Shown here: piece by piece, positions 38,287 through 47,268 of the stretch | Layout of the letters: each line of letters begins with the position of its first letter | Position numbering within the stretch: position 1 is the first letter of the stretch | DNA from: Vicinamibacterales bacterium | GTDB lineage: Bacteria; Acidobacteriota; Vicinamibacteria; Vicinamibacterales; UBA2999 | Length of the DNA: 64,000 nucleotides | Direction of reading: 5' to 3' | Assembly (NCBI GenBank): GCA_036274155.1 | Contig: DASUGH010000158.1 | Span: forward strand, 16,017 to 80,016 | Translations under genes and position numbers: made by a program | Notes under the pieces: model-generated | Databases searched by the model: none | What the model saw: the letters and a program-made list of their open reading frames with translations, nothing else | Told to the model about the DNA's origin: nothing

Positions 38287-38426
38287 TCCGACAATTTATC
38301 ACTGCCACCTCGCGTGTCTCCAGCCGAGGCCCTCCTCGACGCCATCACGTCAGCGTCGCAGATTTCGAGGCGTGTGGAACACGCGGCACGGTCGGCGCCG
38401 CAACGATAGAGCCGTCCTGACGGGTG

Positions 38427-38451
38427 GAGGGGAGATGATGCCTCTCCCCTC
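38427..38451 (-). terminator. 9-bp GC-rich stem-loop between the S41 peptidase stop and the AOR start (weak terminator/processing candidate)
   Basis: GAGGGGAGA-tgatgcc-TCTCCCCTC read directly. No U-tract follows in the transcribed sense. Confidence 0.3.
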
Positions 38452-38477
38452 TTCCCCACCTGCCTGAGTGCGCGAGC

Positions 38478-40457
38478 TTACCGCTTCTGCGCCACCCGTC
38501 CCGTCATCACGCTGCCGCCGTCCGATGTCCGCCTCGCCGGGGCCTGCGGCGTCTCGAACGCGGCGCCGGTGGCCGCAATCGGCGTCGCGGCTTCAGGGTC
38601 GGCGGCAGGCGGTGGCGCGCTGCTCGACGAGGTCGACGATGTCGTCGCTCCCGGCGGGGCGCACACTGCCGGCCCTGCATAGCGGCACTCGGACGCTGTA
38701 CGAACCTGTTCCGCCACGATCGCCGTGAACGCGTCTACGAACGGCCGCCCGTTCGTCAGCAGGTTTTCGCGCGTCATGTAATCGAGGCGGATGTCGGCAT
38801 GCGCACCAATGTTCTCGACATAGTGGGCTTCCGGGTAGCCCGGGACGGTGACCGGCGCGATACGCGTGACGAGCGTATTCGTATTCGTGGCAGTCGACTC
38901 GGAATACGTCCCGGCCTGGAGGCCGGATACCGACCCGCCGCCGCCGTTGGTGCGCGTCCCCACCAGCGCGCCGCGGCGGTTGTCCTGGAGCATCGCGGAG
39001 AAGATGTCGCCCGCCGAGATGGTGAACTCGTCTACCAGCAGGATCAGCGGCTTGGTGTAAGCAATGACGTTGCCCTGCGCATCCTTTGCAGGCTGGTTGC
39101 CGTGCAGCTGCGTGCTGCATGCCGGCACCGGGTTCGTCAGGGCTCGCCCCTGGCGATACGCCCGCTCGAGCTCCTCGAGTATTGCCGTGTAGATTTCCAC
39201 GAGCGCCGTGTCACCGGCGTTGCGCGCCGCCTCGAGTTGAGCATTGACGAGGTTGATGCGGGAGATCGTGACGCGAATCTCCTCGCCGAAGAAGAAGAAC
39301 GGATAGGGAATGAGGTACGACGCCGCGGTCAACATGTAGCAGCCGCCGCCAGGGTTGCGCATGACATCGACCACGAGCGCGTCGGTGTTCTGCTCGAGGA
39401 ACGCGATCTCCGCCTGAAGCTCCGCAGTGGCGGTGGGAGGAGGAGCAAAGTTGGGAAATCGCAGAACCCCGATCCGGAGGCCGCCGGCCTCGTAGATGCC
39501 TGAGAAGTGGGAGTGGGAGGGCAACTGTCCGAGGCGTTGCACGAAGTTCGCGGGCAGGCCGGCCCTGAACACCGGATTGCGGCCGCCGAGCCCCAGCACG
39601 TATCGCCGGAGCGGTGTGTCGCTCGGGTTATCTGTACTGTCCAACGCGAGCAGGTGATGATTCTGCGGCAGGGCGAAGTTGGTGAGTTCCTGCCACGCGT
39701 CGTAATACGACGGTGACTCGGTGGCCAACAGGCTCTTTTTCTTCCCGCTGGTGCCCGGAGTCGGCACCGCGCCAATCCATCGCAGCGGCACCCCGGTCTT
39801 CTGCCACGGGATGACGTAGGTTTCCCGGGAGCCGCCGGCGCGTTCGATCACGACCACCGCGTTGTCTGGCAGGTCGATCACACGCGGCACGTTCGACTGC
39901 GGTCGGACGGTGAGGAAGCTGGCAGCGTCTCTCTTCGTCGCCAGTGGGTTGCTGTGCGCCGAGAAGCGAGAGAAATACTTTATCCACTCCTCGCTGGTCC
40001 TGTCGTCCATCGACACGAGCACGTCGCCCAGCTGGAACGGATACAGCGCCAGCGGCAGGCGCGTCCGGTTGATCGAGTCGATCATCACACGGCCGTCGTA
40101 GATATCTACCGTGAACCCAAGGTTCGCCACGAAGCTGGACGGCATTGAAAACTGGGAGTGCGTATCCTGAAGGCTGGCGACGTACTCGAGCATGATCTCG
40201 AAAAACGACAGATCGTCCTGCGAGTGCCTGATCCGCGTCAGCCACGGACGCAGGTCGAAGAGATCGAACCCGAACAACTGTTTCTTCCACTCGTAGGGCG
40301 CGTAGCGCTTGGCATAGTTCCCGGCAAGGTTCTCGAAGTCGTGAATCTTCTGATCCTGAGTGAGCTGCGCCGCCGCGGAGGCGGGAATCAGGCAAGAGAC
40401 CAGCATCACGGCGACCAGTCGCTGAGACAAAGATGCGAGCAGGGTGTTCGGCCGCAT
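38478..40457 (-). CDS. Secreted S41-family (tail-specific/C-terminal-processing-like) serine peptidase
   Basis: Signal peptide. DVMRNPGGGCYM and LILLVDEFTISAGDIFSAMLQDNRRGALVGTRTNGGGG blocks are characteristic of peptidase S41. Low-complexity Ser/Thr/Pro/Ala tail. Confidence 0.88.
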   Translation of the reverse strand: MRPNTLLASLSQRLVAVMLVSCLIPASAAAQLTQDQKIHDFENLAGNYAKRYAPYEWKKQLFGFDLFDLRPWLTRIRHSQDDLSFFEIMLEYVASLQDTHSQFSMPSSFVANLGFTVDIYDGRVMIDSINRTRLPLALYPFQLGDVLVSMDDRTSEEWIKYFSRFSAHSNPLATKRDAASFLTVRPQSNVPRVIDLPDNAVVVIERAGGSRETYVIPWQKTGVPLRWIGAVPTPGTSGKKKSLLATESPSYYDAWQELTNFALPQNHHLLALDSTDNPSDTPLRRYVLGLGGRNPVFRAGLPANFVQRLGQLPSHSHFSGIYEAGGLRIGVLRFPNFAPPPTATAELQAEIAFLEQNTDALVVDVMRNPGGGCYMLTAASYLIPYPFFFFGEEIRVTISRINLVNAQLEAARNAGDTALVEIYTAILEELERAYRQGRALTNPVPACSTQLHGNQPAKDAQGNVIAYTKPLILLVDEFTISAGDIFSAMLQDNRRGALVGTRTNGGGGSVSGLQAGTYSESTATNTNTLVTRIAPVTVPGYPEAHYVENIGAHADIRLDYMTRENLLTNGRPFVDAFTAIVAEQVRTASECRYAGPAVCAPPGATTSSTSSSSAPPPAADPEAATPIAATGAAFETPQAPARRTSDGGSVMTGRVAQKR

Positions 40458-40717
40458 GGCGTGTTTCTCCTTGAAGGCCGGCGTGCACCGGCCGTTATTG
40501 GCTGGCAGGGGGCGCAGCGTGTGGAAGGCATGTCACACGAGGGCTTGCGTTGCTGCGGCGCGGGAATATAGCACGAGCGGGACGAGAGCGTCGGCAGTGA
40601 GCGTCCGTGCCACTCGAAAGGGGCACGGCTGTCATCAGCGTCACTTCCTGTCATCGGCACGCGAGAGTACGGATGTACTAGAGCCAAGCGGACATCCTGG
40701 CGCTACAATGCGCCGCC

Positions 40718-41158
40718 GTGGACACGCAACTGAGGGCTGTGGTCGTCGATCTGCAGAAGGCCGAGGAGCGTCTCCATTCGCTGCGCTCCACCCTCCCGCG
40801 CGAGGCCTGGACACATCGGCCAGGAGATCGGCGCTGGTCACCGGCGGAGTGTGTGGCGCATCTCAACCTCACGTCGGAAGCGGTGCTGCCGCTGCTGCGC
40901 GCCGGATTGACCGAAGCCAGGTGCCGCGTGCGCCACGTGCCGACATGCCATCGCCGTGATCCTGTCGGCTGGATGCTCTGGATGGCGACCGCGCCCTGGT
41001 GCAGAGTGAAGACCCGAACCGTTCCGGCGCTCATGCCTCCAGGCGAGCGACCACTGGCTGCACTCGTCGCCGACTTCGCGGCTCTGCAGGCCGACGTCAT
41101 CGAATGCGTGGAGGGGCGTCGAGTCGAGGCAAACGACGCTCGCACCTGCCTGGCGTAG
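40718..41158 (+). CDS. DinB-family protein, apparently C-terminally truncated
   Basis: The N-terminal half fits DinB_2 (..RPGDRRWSPAECVAHLN..). The usual C-terminal His-containing helices are absent. The last ~14 codons are antisense to the FAD-remnant. Confidence 0.5.
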   Translation: MDTQLRAVVVDLQKAEERLHSLRSTLPREAWTHRPGDRRWSPAECVAHLNLTSEAVLPLLRAGLTEARCRVRHVPTCHRRDPVGWMLWMATAPWCRVKTRTVPALMPPGERPLAALVADFAALQADVIECVEGRRVEANDARTCLA

Positions 41159-41248
41159 CAGCACGCTCGCGGCGAGCCCGGCGATCCCGGCTCCGATGAT
41201 CGCGACGTCGTAGCGTGTACCGGCAGACACGCAGGCAGCGTACGCCAT
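41120..41248 (-). pseudogene. N-terminal remnant of an FAD/NAD(P)-binding oxidoreductase
   Basis: MAYAACVSAGTRYDVAIIGAGIAGLAASVLLRQAGASVVCLDS is a textbook GxGxxG Rossmann start. Similarity stops after ~43 codons, where the sequence becomes antisense of the DinB gene. Confidence 0.5.
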
Positions 41249-41278
41249 GCGGCAGCGGCACGTGGGGTAGAATTCCGC

Positions 41279-41617
41279 ATGGGACCTGTCATGCCATACC
41301 TGTACGTCGGCCTCTTCATCGCGGTCCTCGTCGCGTGGTCGTGGCACTTCCACTTCTGGTCGAATAGTCCGATCGCCCGGAAGTCACGCACTCCGCTCTG
41401 GCTCGGATTCACCACAACAGCCACTTCCGCGCTCTTCCTCGTCTCCGGCGTCATCGGCTACAACCTGAATAAGCACACCAGGTTTGTCGCTGGCACTGCG
41501 TGGAACGATGGGGTGCTCTGGTGGGAGGTTGCAGTCGGCGTCGTCCTGCTTCCAGTCGCAATCTTCCTGCTGCGACGCGGTGCCCGTGACATCGACCAGA
41601 GGCTTGGCCGGGCCTGA
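41279..41617 (+). CDS. Small integral membrane protein (3 predicted TM helices), hypothetical
   Basis: Hydrophobic segments are YLYVGLFIAVLVAWSW, LWLGFTTTATSALFLVSGVIGY and VLWWEVAVGVVLLPVAIFLL. Confidence 0.5.
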   Translation: MGPVMPYLYVGLFIAVLVAWSWHFHFWSNSPIARKSRTPLWLGFTTTATSALFLVSGVIGYNLNKHTRFVAGTAWNDGVLWWEVAVGVVLLPVAIFLLRRGARDIDQRLGRA

Positions 41618-41685
41618 GTCGGGCCTGGAAATCGTCCCTTCGGCATTCTCGATTCCGCAACGGGCATTCAGGCACGCTCACCGGG

Positions 41686-41711
41686 CTAGTGCCATTGTAC
41701 TATTTCACTAG
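41686..41711 (+). promoter_or_regulatory. Inverted repeat CTAGTG-N14-CACTAG in a conspicuously AT-rich stretch upstream of the GntR gene
   Basis: ctagtg at 41686-41691 and cactag at 41706-41711, within ...cattgtactatttcactagttcaatatttctgac..., 27 nt before GTG 41738. Confidence 0.45.
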
Positions 41712-41737
41712 TTCAATATTTCTGACACGATAGGCCC

Positions 41738-42133
41738 GTGCCGGACCGGTTCAAGGTCGATCGTGCGAGCCCGCTTCCCGTCTACGTGCAGCTCGCCGAG
41801 CAGATCCGTCTGCTCGTCCGCCGCGGCGCACTCAGCCCCGGCGACCCACTTCCAACCGTGCGCGAGCTCGCCGTCGCGCTTGGCATCAACGCGAACACGG
41901 TGGCGCGCGTGTATCGCGACCTGCAGCAGGAGAGACTGCTCCGCCTCGAGCGCGGCCTCGGAACCTTTGTCGCGGCACAGAAACACGACTCGACGCTCGT
42001 CGACCGCGACTATCAGCGCATCGTCAAGCGGACGAGAGAGCTGGTGGCGCTCTGCCGGGAGTCCGGCCTCACGGCGCGGGAGCTCGCGCAGCTAATGGAA
42101 AGCATCTGGAAGGAGGTGGACCGTGAAGGGTAG
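41738..42133 (+). CDS. GntR-family (YtrA-like, short) transcriptional regulator
   Basis: PVYVQLAEQIRLLVRRGALSPGDPLPTVRELAVALGINANTVARVYRDLQQERLLRLERGLGTFV. 131 aa. Confidence 0.9.
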   Translation: MPDRFKVDRASPLPVYVQLAEQIRLLVRRGALSPGDPLPTVRELAVALGINANTVARVYRDLQQERLLRLERGLGTFVAAQKHDSTLVDRDYQRIVKRTRELVALCRESGLTARELAQLMESIWKEVDREG

Positions 42134-43013
42134 GGGGAATCCCATCGCCAACTTGATCATGCTCGGAGCCGCCGTGCTCGCCGCTGTCGCCTGGCTCGCC
42201 GCCGGCGCGGCCGCGGCCATTCCAATCTTCGCGTTCGGTGTCTACGTCGGCCTCTCCCCGCGGCTGTTGAAGGAATGGGAGCGAGGCGTGCTCCTGCGCC
42301 TCGGCCGGTTCCAGCGGGTTCTCGGACCGGGGATCAACTGGACGTTCCCTGGCTTCGACCGGCTGGTCGCGACCGTGGACATGCGCATTCGTTCCACGCC
42401 CTTCCAGGCCGAGAAGACACTGACGAAGGACACAGTTCCCGTCAACGTCGACGCCGTGCTGTTCTGGGTTGTCACCGATGCCCGAAAGGCCATCGTCGAA
42501 GTCGAGCACTACGCCGCCACGGTGAGCTGGGCGGCGCAGACGACGCTCAGGGACGTGATCGGGCACACGGAGCTCGTGCGCATGATCGCAGACCGCGAAC
42601 AGATCGATCGGCAGCTGCAGGAGATCATCGACGCCAAGACCAGCGACTGGGGGATCACCGTGCAGTCGGTCGAGATCCGCGACGTCCGGCTGCCTGGCCT
42701 GCTCGAGGATGCGATGAGCCGCAAAGCCCAGGCGGATCGCGAGCGCGAGGCGCGCATCATCCTTGCCCAGTCGGAGCTGGTGGTCGCCGACGAGATGGAG
42801 AAGGCGTCGGCCGTGTACCGCCGCGATCCCGTGGCGCTGCGGGTTCGCGCGATGAACATGACCTACGAGTCGATCAAGGAGCGCGGCGCGCTGATGGTGG
42901 TGCCGAGCGACATGGTGTCTTCAATGGGCAATCTCGCGGCCTTCGCGCCCGCGGCATTCGATCCACCGGCTCCGCGGCCGGCTGACCGCACGCTCGAAGG
43001 CTCCGACGGCTGA
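42123..43013 (+). CDS. SPFH/Band-7 (stomatin/prohibitin-like) membrane protein
   Basis: AGGAGG RBS then GTG 42123. EWERGVLLRLGRFQRVLGPGINWTFPGFD...TKDTVPVNVDAVLFW...WGITVQSVEIRDVRLP...AQADREREARI. Confidence 0.9.
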   Translation: MKGRGNPIANLIMLGAAVLAAVAWLAAGAAAAIPIFAFGVYVGLSPRLLKEWERGVLLRLGRFQRVLGPGINWTFPGFDRLVATVDMRIRSTPFQAEKTLTKDTVPVNVDAVLFWVVTDARKAIVEVEHYAATVSWAAQTTLRDVIGHTELVRMIADREQIDRQLQEIIDAKTSDWGITVQSVEIRDVRLPGLLEDAMSRKAQADREREARIILAQSELVVADEMEKASAVYRRDPVALRVRAMNMTYESIKERGALMVVPSDMVSSMGNLAAFAPAAFDPPAPRPADRTLEGSDG

Positions 43014-43594
43014 TGGCTCTCTGGTCGCTGCTGCGCGTCACCAGCCAACGATCCCTGAGGTCGTGCCGCCTCGAGTTCGAGGATCGGCCGCTCGAGCGTG
43101 CGTCGCTCTTCCCGCTGTTCGACGAGCAGGGGAAGACGCAGGTGGTGATGATTACCGCCGAAGAGAGCGGGCGAATCCTGCTGGCCGATTGGGCACCGGG
43201 TCTGTTCATGCGCGACTGGCGGCGCAATCGGCTGCGGCTGCGATACGCCGACCTCAACGATGCGTCGACGTGGAATGAGGAACGTTTCGAGGATCTGTGG
43301 CATTTCGACCCGTGGTGGGTGCTCAACGACGAGAGATACCAGAGCCACGGGGCCGTTCCCGCACTGCGACGCACGAACATCCCGGGCTACGATGCGACCG
43401 TGTCCGAGATCGCCTTCGACTCGAGGCTGGAACGCGCCGCGTATGTGATGAAGCGGTCCGGCCAGTCTCGTGTGAAGCGTTTCACGTCCGACACGCTCTC
43501 GAGCATCACCGGACGCCGTCGCGCCGCGCTCGAGCGCCCACGCGGCGCCGGGGTGGCGGGCTGGCGTCTCCGGGCGTTCTGGCCCTCGCCGTGA
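43013..43594 (+). CDS. Hypothetical soluble protein, translationally coupled to the SPFH gene
   Basis: The ATG overlaps the SPFH stop (TGATG). High third-position G+C. I recognise no TM segment or known motif. Confidence 0.6.
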   Translation: MALWSLLRVTSQRSLRSCRLEFEDRPLERASLFPLFDEQGKTQVVMITAEESGRILLADWAPGLFMRDWRRNRLRLRYADLNDASTWNEERFEDLWHFDPWWVLNDERYQSHGAVPALRRTNIPGYDATVSEIAFDSRLERAAYVMKRSGQSRVKRFTSDTLSSITGRRRAALERPRGAGVAGWRLRAFWPSP

Positions 43595-43637
43595 GGTCAC
43601 CAGAGTTTCTGGCAATGCTGCGCGGTACGGGAGCGCC

Positions 43638-44906
43638 TCAGGAGTCGGCGGCGTCTTCCCACACCGATGGCGCAAAGTAGATGGCCTCGCGATGTTGAAC
43701 GAGCGACGACGTGCGCCGCGTGACGTCGCTCTGGATCATGGCAAACTCACACAAGCCGTCGGCGTAGTCCAGCGTCCGACCCGGCACCCATAGCGAGATG
43801 CGGACGTCGTAGGAGGTGGGATAGAGCATGCAGTTGGGCAGCTCGACCCTGATTCGACGAGTGCCAGCCGTCTCCTGATCGATCGAATACCCGACGTCAT
43901 CGCTCTGCAGACTCAGGACGTGCATGCCCATTTCCTTGCGCCTGATGTCGATCGTGACGTTGACGCCGCGCTCGGGCTGCGCGAACTCCACCTCGAATTC
44001 GAAGACGACCGACTGGCCCATCATGAAGGCAACGCAGGGAGCGCCGTTCGAGTCGAGCGACCGGGCCGACACGATCTGTACAGCGCCGCCCCCAGCAGCA
44101 CGACGGCGAAGCGGGCTGCCGTGCGCGCCGCCCGACTGGCCCTTGACATAGGCATCGGCCACCTCGCGAACGGCACCGCGCATTCGAACCCGACCGTGAT
44201 CGAGCCAGAGACCGGTGGTGCAGAGATTGGTGACGGCACCCATGTTGTGACTCACGAACAGCACCGTCCGGCCCTGACGGGCGACTTCGCCCATGCGGCC
44301 GATGCACTTGTTCTGGAACTTGAGATCACCGACCGCCAGGACTTCGTCCACGATCAGGATCTCGGGCTCGAGATGGGCGGCCACCGCGAACGCGAGGCGA
44401 ACCTGCATGCCGGTCGAATATCGCTTGACCGGCGTGTCGATGAACTTCTCGACCTCCGCGAACGCGACGATTTGATCGAAGTTCCGATCGATCTCGGCCT
44501 TTTTCATTCCGAGGATGGCGCCGTTGAGATAGACGTTCTCGCGGCCCGTCAGCTCCCCGTGGAAGCCGGTCCCCACTTCGAGCAGCGCCGTCATGTGGCC
44601 GAACACCTCGCAGCGGCCGGCGGTCGGGTCGGTCACCCGCGACAGGATCTTCAGCAGCGTGCTCTTTCCCGCGCCGTTGCCGCCGATGATGCCGACTGCC
44701 TCGCCGACGGCGACGTCGAATGAGACGTCCTTGACGGCCCACAACGTACTCTCGCGATCGCGCTCACGACGGGCCTCGCGATTGCCGCCGAACAGCGATT
44801 TGACGCCAAACACCATTTCGTCACGCAGCGTATCGTGACGCCTCCTGCCGGCGTCGATCGTGTATCGCTTGGAAAGGCCCTGGGCACTGATGGCAACGTC
44901 AGGCAT
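43638..44906 (-). CDS. wzt: Polysaccharide/O-antigen ABC-transporter ATP-binding protein with C-terminal Wzt_C-like extension
   Basis: Walker A GGNGAGKSTLL, signature YSTGMQVRLAFA and Walker B ILIVDEVLAVGD. A ~170-aa beta-rich C-terminal domain follows. Confidence 0.9.
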   Translation of the reverse strand: MPDVAISAQGLSKRYTIDAGRRRHDTLRDEMVFGVKSLFGGNREARRERDRESTLWAVKDVSFDVAVGEAVGIIGGNGAGKSTLLKILSRVTDPTAGRCEVFGHMTALLEVGTGFHGELTGRENVYLNGAILGMKKAEIDRNFDQIVAFAEVEKFIDTPVKRYSTGMQVRLAFAVAAHLEPEILIVDEVLAVGDLKFQNKCIGRMGEVARQGRTVLFVSHNMGAVTNLCTTGLWLDHGRVRMRGAVREVADAYVKGQSGGAHGSPLRRRAAGGGAVQIVSARSLDSNGAPCVAFMMGQSVVFEFEVEFAQPERGVNVTIDIRRKEMGMHVLSLQSDDVGYSIDQETAGTRRIRVELPNCMLYPTSYDVRISLWVPGRTLDYADGLCEFAMIQSDVTRRTSSLVQHREAIYFAPSVWEDAADS

Positions 44907-44954
44907 CCGCCGACCTCGCGGCTCGGCACCCCGCCAGGGCCGGGCTGGCGCCGG

Positions 44955-45713
44955 TCAGAAGCCCCACCGGCGGCGGATCGCTTTGCGGAACGTCGGAGCG
45001 AGATGCTTCACGTGCGTCATGAAGCCGAGCTCGCTGTTCGAGCGCAGCGCGAACAGTTCGGGGTGGACACAATCGAGGAATCCAGGATCGCTCATTTCAG
45101 CCAATCCCGCCGACTTCAGCGTCGCATACGCGCGGCTGTCTTCTCTGACGTAGAGGAACGTGTTCTGGCGGTACCAGAACGGGATGCGCGTGTCGCTCCA
45201 GATGTGCGGACGAAACAGGTCGAACGGCTGGTAGTGCCGCTCCAGGAAAAGGCGTCCCCAGAAGGAGTGCTGCCGCTCGTTGATATGGGTCGGGCCGTTC
45301 TGTTTGATGTAGGCGGCGCCGAAGACGATCGCGTCAGAGAGGTCGATCAACGAATCGATGAAGACGACAGACGAAGCCGGCTCGAGATGCTCTGCCACCT
45401 CCACCGACATCGCCAGACCGACCTTTCGGCCCAATGAAAACGGTTTGTTCAGATCGACGGCGTGGAACCGAATCGCATCGTCGATCATCGCCGACTGCGT
45501 GTTCCAGGAGCCGTCCAGTCCGATGAGCTCGGAGCTTCCGAGCTCATGCCACGCTTTCAACCAGGCACCTCGCCCACAGCCGACGTCGGCGACCGACTGT
45601 GGCTGCAGATACTTCCAGACATGAGGCAACACGATTCTGGCGGACTGCAATGACGGCGCGATCTGGTACCTATAGTAGTCCTCGTCGTACTCTCTATCAG
45701 TGCTGTCCGCCAT
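44955..45713 (-). CDS. Class I SAM-dependent methyltransferase
   Basis: Motif I VADVGCGRGAW. Post-I LIGLDGS. EVAEHLEP. 252 aa. Confidence 0.85.
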   Translation of the reverse strand: MADSTDREYDEDYYRYQIAPSLQSARIVLPHVWKYLQPQSVADVGCGRGAWLKAWHELGSSELIGLDGSWNTQSAMIDDAIRFHAVDLNKPFSLGRKVGLAMSVEVAEHLEPASSVVFIDSLIDLSDAIVFGAAYIKQNGPTHINERQHSFWGRLFLERHYQPFDLFRPHIWSDTRIPFWYRQNTFLYVREDSRAYATLKSAGLAEMSDPGFLDCVHPELFALRSNSELGFMTHVKHLAPTFRKAIRRRWGF

Positions 45714-46224
45714 AGGGTAGAACGAACGTTCGAGCGAGGTCCGATACCACGCAGAATTGCCGCGCTCACATCGCGACGACGATCACAGGCTGCGACCTGT
45801 CATTGTGAAGCCGCTCGCTCCGCAGCCGGTGTACTGAAAACGCAGAACAGGATGGGAGTCTTACACGCGATCGCGTCACCGACGCGCAGCGGCCGTTGGT
45901 CCAGCCCAGCCGGCGATCGACGGCGCTGACCTGAGCGAAGTCTACTATAGCGATGTACCATTCAAGCCGGGCGCAACCTCCGGCGGAGATCGACGCATCC
46001 CATCACCAGGCAGTGAGTCGCCGGATCTCGATTCGCCAGTTCGGCGATATCGCCCGGCAATTTCGTATGGCTGTGGTATATCCCTTGCACGCCCGACGTT
46101 CGCGCGCTGCACGACCTCAATCGTGGCGACGCCGCGGTGTCGTGGTCGCCGGTCCAGCACCATCGGATGTTGTTGCACTTGCCAGTTGCGCTTGCACGAC
46201 AGGGCCGGGCGGCTGCGACATGAC

Positions 46225-47268
46225 ATGGACATGAGCCTGGGGGAGCGCGCGCGCCAGACGACGGCTTGGCTCGCCGTCTGCGCGTTCAGCACGTCGCTGG
46301 CCCTGCTCGAAGCACATCGCCTCAGGTGGTTGTCTCGCTTTCGCCGGCGAGCACAGGTCCCGTCTGCGCCAATCGGCAGCGCTGACGGCGCCGCACGTCC
46401 TCTCTCATCGGCGACGGCTTCCGTCCCCGAGCGTGCAATCAGCGGCGGCGCGCGCAGCGTGCCGATCGTCTTCATTCATCAGGGCGACAGCCCACACCTC
46501 GTGTACGCGCTGGCGCAGGCCTCGGCCAGCAACCCGTCATCGCGCGTCATTCTTCTCGGCGACGACGCCAACAACCGCTATCCGCTGGTGGAGCACCACC
46601 GGTTCGCCGACTATTTCGTCGCCGCGGCAGCGTTCGGCGGGGTCTATCAGCACTACAGCACCCACCCCGAGAGCTTCGAGCTGATTTGCTTCCAGCGCTG
46701 GTTCGTTCTGAACGAGTTCATGACGAAACAGCGGATCGAACATTGCGTCTATCTGGATTCGGACGTGCTCCTCTATGCCGACGTCACGTCAGATCTGAAG
46801 AAATTCAGGCTGTTCGACTTCACCTTGTGCTGGAACACGATTGGCTGTGTGTGCTTCGTGAATCGGCGACAAGGGCTCGAACAGCTGTGCCGGTTCATGA
46901 CTGACGCCTACACGAAGAAGGATTCTTACACCTATGACCGGATGGTGGCGCACTTCGCCACCCGCCTCAAGCATGATTTGAAGGGCGGGGTCTGCGACAT
47001 GACGGCGCTGCAGCTGTATAGCGAACGACATTTCGGCAGCGTCGGCGAAGCGTCACACATCATCGACGGTTCCGTGTACGACCCGAACATCAACGTTCCC
47101 CAGCCCGGATTCGAGATGGAGAACGACGTGAAGAAGGTGACCTGGCACGACGGCGTTCCCTACGGAACATTCGTGAGCACCGGCGAGCGCATCCGCTTCA
47201 ATTCGCTGCATTTCAACGGACGCGCCAAAGCGCTGATGCCGCGCTACTGCACCGCACACGTGTCGTGA
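46225..47268 (+). CDS. Putative glycosyltransferase-like protein (DXD-type motif), uncharacterised
   Basis: ATG at 46225/46231. ...VPIVFIHQGDSPHLVYALAQA...CVYLDSDVLLYADV. Sits within the glycan locus. Function inferred from context plus the DSD motif only. Confidence 0.6.
   Translation: MDMSLGERARQTTAWLAVCAFSTSLALLEAHRLRWLSRFRRRAQVPSAPIGSADGAARPLSSATASVPERAISGGARSVPIVFIHQGDSPHLVYALAQASASNPSSRVILLGDDANNRYPLVEHHRFADYFVAAAAFGGVYQHYSTHPESFELICFQRWFVLNEFMTKQRIEHCVYLDSDVLLYADVTSDLKKFRLFDFTLCWNTIGCVCFVNRRQGLEQLCRFMTDAYTKKDSYTYDRMVAHFATRLKHDLKGGVCDMTALQLYSERHFGSVGEASHIIDGSVYDPNINVPQPGFEMENDVKKVTWHDGVPYGTFVSTGERIRFNSLHFNGRAKALMPRYCTAHVS

Noticed and set aside
38287-38426. Moco/Tuco riboswitch in the AOR leader
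   Set aside because: The leader has small hairpins (for example CGAGG-aggg-CCTCG). I could not find the conserved Moco-motif core sequences. It needs cmsearch with the Rfam Moco model before any claim.
38478-38620. PEP-CTERM-like sorting signal at the S41 peptidase C-terminus (..DPEAATPIAATGAAF..RR..)
   Set aside because: The segment after PE is Ala/Thr/Gly-rich rather than a hydrophobic helix, and the basic cluster is distant. It is better described as a low-complexity tail.
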